Below are positions 62,801 to 64,000 of a stretch of DNA of 64,000 bases, piece by piece. The first letter of the stretch is position 1, and every line of letters begins with the position of its first letter. The notes below the pieces were generated by a model. That model searched no databases. It was not told the origin of the DNA and worked only from the letters and a program-made list of their open reading frames with translations. The position numbers and the translations under genes were made by a program. The stretch is from Antedon mediterranea (Eukaryota > Animalia > Echinodermata). The stretch covers positions 3,302,422-3,366,421 of the forward strand of contig NC_092678.1 in the NCBI RefSeq assembly GCF_964355755.1, written 5' to 3'.

Positions 62801-63368
62801 ATAATGGGTTAAATGTACATGTGATAATTTTCTCTGAAATTTATACAGATTTTTTTTTTTTTGACCAAAAAAGGAAATGATGTGCAGCAGGAAATGATTG
62901 TGGTATTATTTATATAATTAAAGCATTAATAGGGAAAACATCAACATTCACTAAAGTTGATGGTAAAATTAATTCTCCGTTTCTGTAATTGTATCTTTTA
63001 TATTTTATTAAATCGGCAAGAGCCGTATTATATAAACCCAATACTTTTTAATTACCTTTTACAGTTATATCTTTTTTTTTTTAATTTCATATGGTAATAT
63101 CGGCTAGTGATTTAATTTTAAACAGTACCAGGTAAAAATGAAAGAATATATTAATTGTGTTTGTAGCAATCCAAATTTCGGTAGTTGTAAAACAGACTTA
63201 TCCAAGATCAAGTATAACAAAAACGATTATCTAGTGTATGTTCTATATACAGGGCCACAGCGAGAGGTAAAAAATAAATTAAGCAAAGATGTTTTAAATA
63301 TATTTAGTAATATAAATTACACAAGCTGTGTGAAAATTCAAAACTCCAGACAAGCTACAGTAACTGCC

Positions 63369-63939
63369 TCATCTGCCTTGACATAAATTTGTAGAATTTG
63401 AAAAAAATGAGCACACTCTACTAGTGCAGTTGTACAGCGTTGTATCAGTCAGTGTTTCATCAAAACTTTGACCTTCAACCTCAACATCATTTTCAACATT
63501 TTTTGCAAGTTTCAGGTTGTGCCCCTAAAAGATAAAACACAAATTAAAATATTAGAGAGAACTAAACATATTAATATCAAAAAGTAGTTCATAATGTCAT
63601 TTTAGGTGTCAAATGTGGGAGCATGCCACACAAGTGACACTCTCTTGGATCCGCCCCCTGGAAGCTGCTTTGCTTAAATAATTATAATTTATTATGACTT
63701 TCCAATAATAATTTATGTAGATACTTTGCAAAAATATTTGTTCAATATTGTAATATCTTAAGTACCTCACTTAGTTCAGGAAAGTCGTCCTGTAAACAAA
63801 ATGGACACAGACCAGTATCATCTTTACACACTGGGTTGGCATTACCAAGTTCCCCACCATGTGGACATCGACAAGCAATTTGTATTACTTGGCCAAGCTG
63901 AATCCGGTTCTCAAGCCTTTGGTTTTCTTGTTTCAATGT
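63369..63939 (-). CDS. 3' exons of an unidentified gene entering from the right edge
   Basis: Exon 63766-63939 (cag|ACA..GAG|gtactt; coiled-coil end plus Cys-rich CRCPH..C..CPFC) joins in phase 0 to exon 63369-63524 ending in TGA. Confidence 0.55.
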
Positions 63940-64000
63940 CTGTCAAATTAAAACAGTAAATAAAATAAATATAAAATCATATTTAGCATAATAGGGTAGA

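Overview
AT-rich, intron-containing animal (invertebrate-like) genomic DNA; not prokaryotic and no CRISPR array. Left to right: (1) the 5' half of an inner-arm axonemal dynein heavy chain gene (DNAH3-like) on the minus strand, start codon at 40572 and running off the left edge, with 35 coding exons plus a candidate 15-nt microexon and a candidate GA-AG intron. (2) Two divergent paralogous plus-strand genes of unknown family nested in one 10-kb dynein intron. (3) A near-intact CR1/L2-type LINE inserted at a dynein splice acceptor. (4) A small three-exon minus-strand gene (41922-42653) absent from the ORF track. It has an in-frame TGA at codon 3 and a canonical type II SECIS hairpin upstream of its polyA signal, making it a candidate selenoprotein of a family I do not recognise, with PSAP/PPxY motifs; this is the top finding. 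(5) A signal-CUB-CUB-like-3xEGF-TM-PPxY receptor-like gene with a 3.1-kb 48-bp intronic minisatellite. (6) DDX20/Gemin3. (7) A decayed zinc-knuckle ORF and the 3' exons of a further gene. Many MITEs, SINEs and minisatellites are also present. All exon boundaries were read by eye and phase-checked; no database searches were run.
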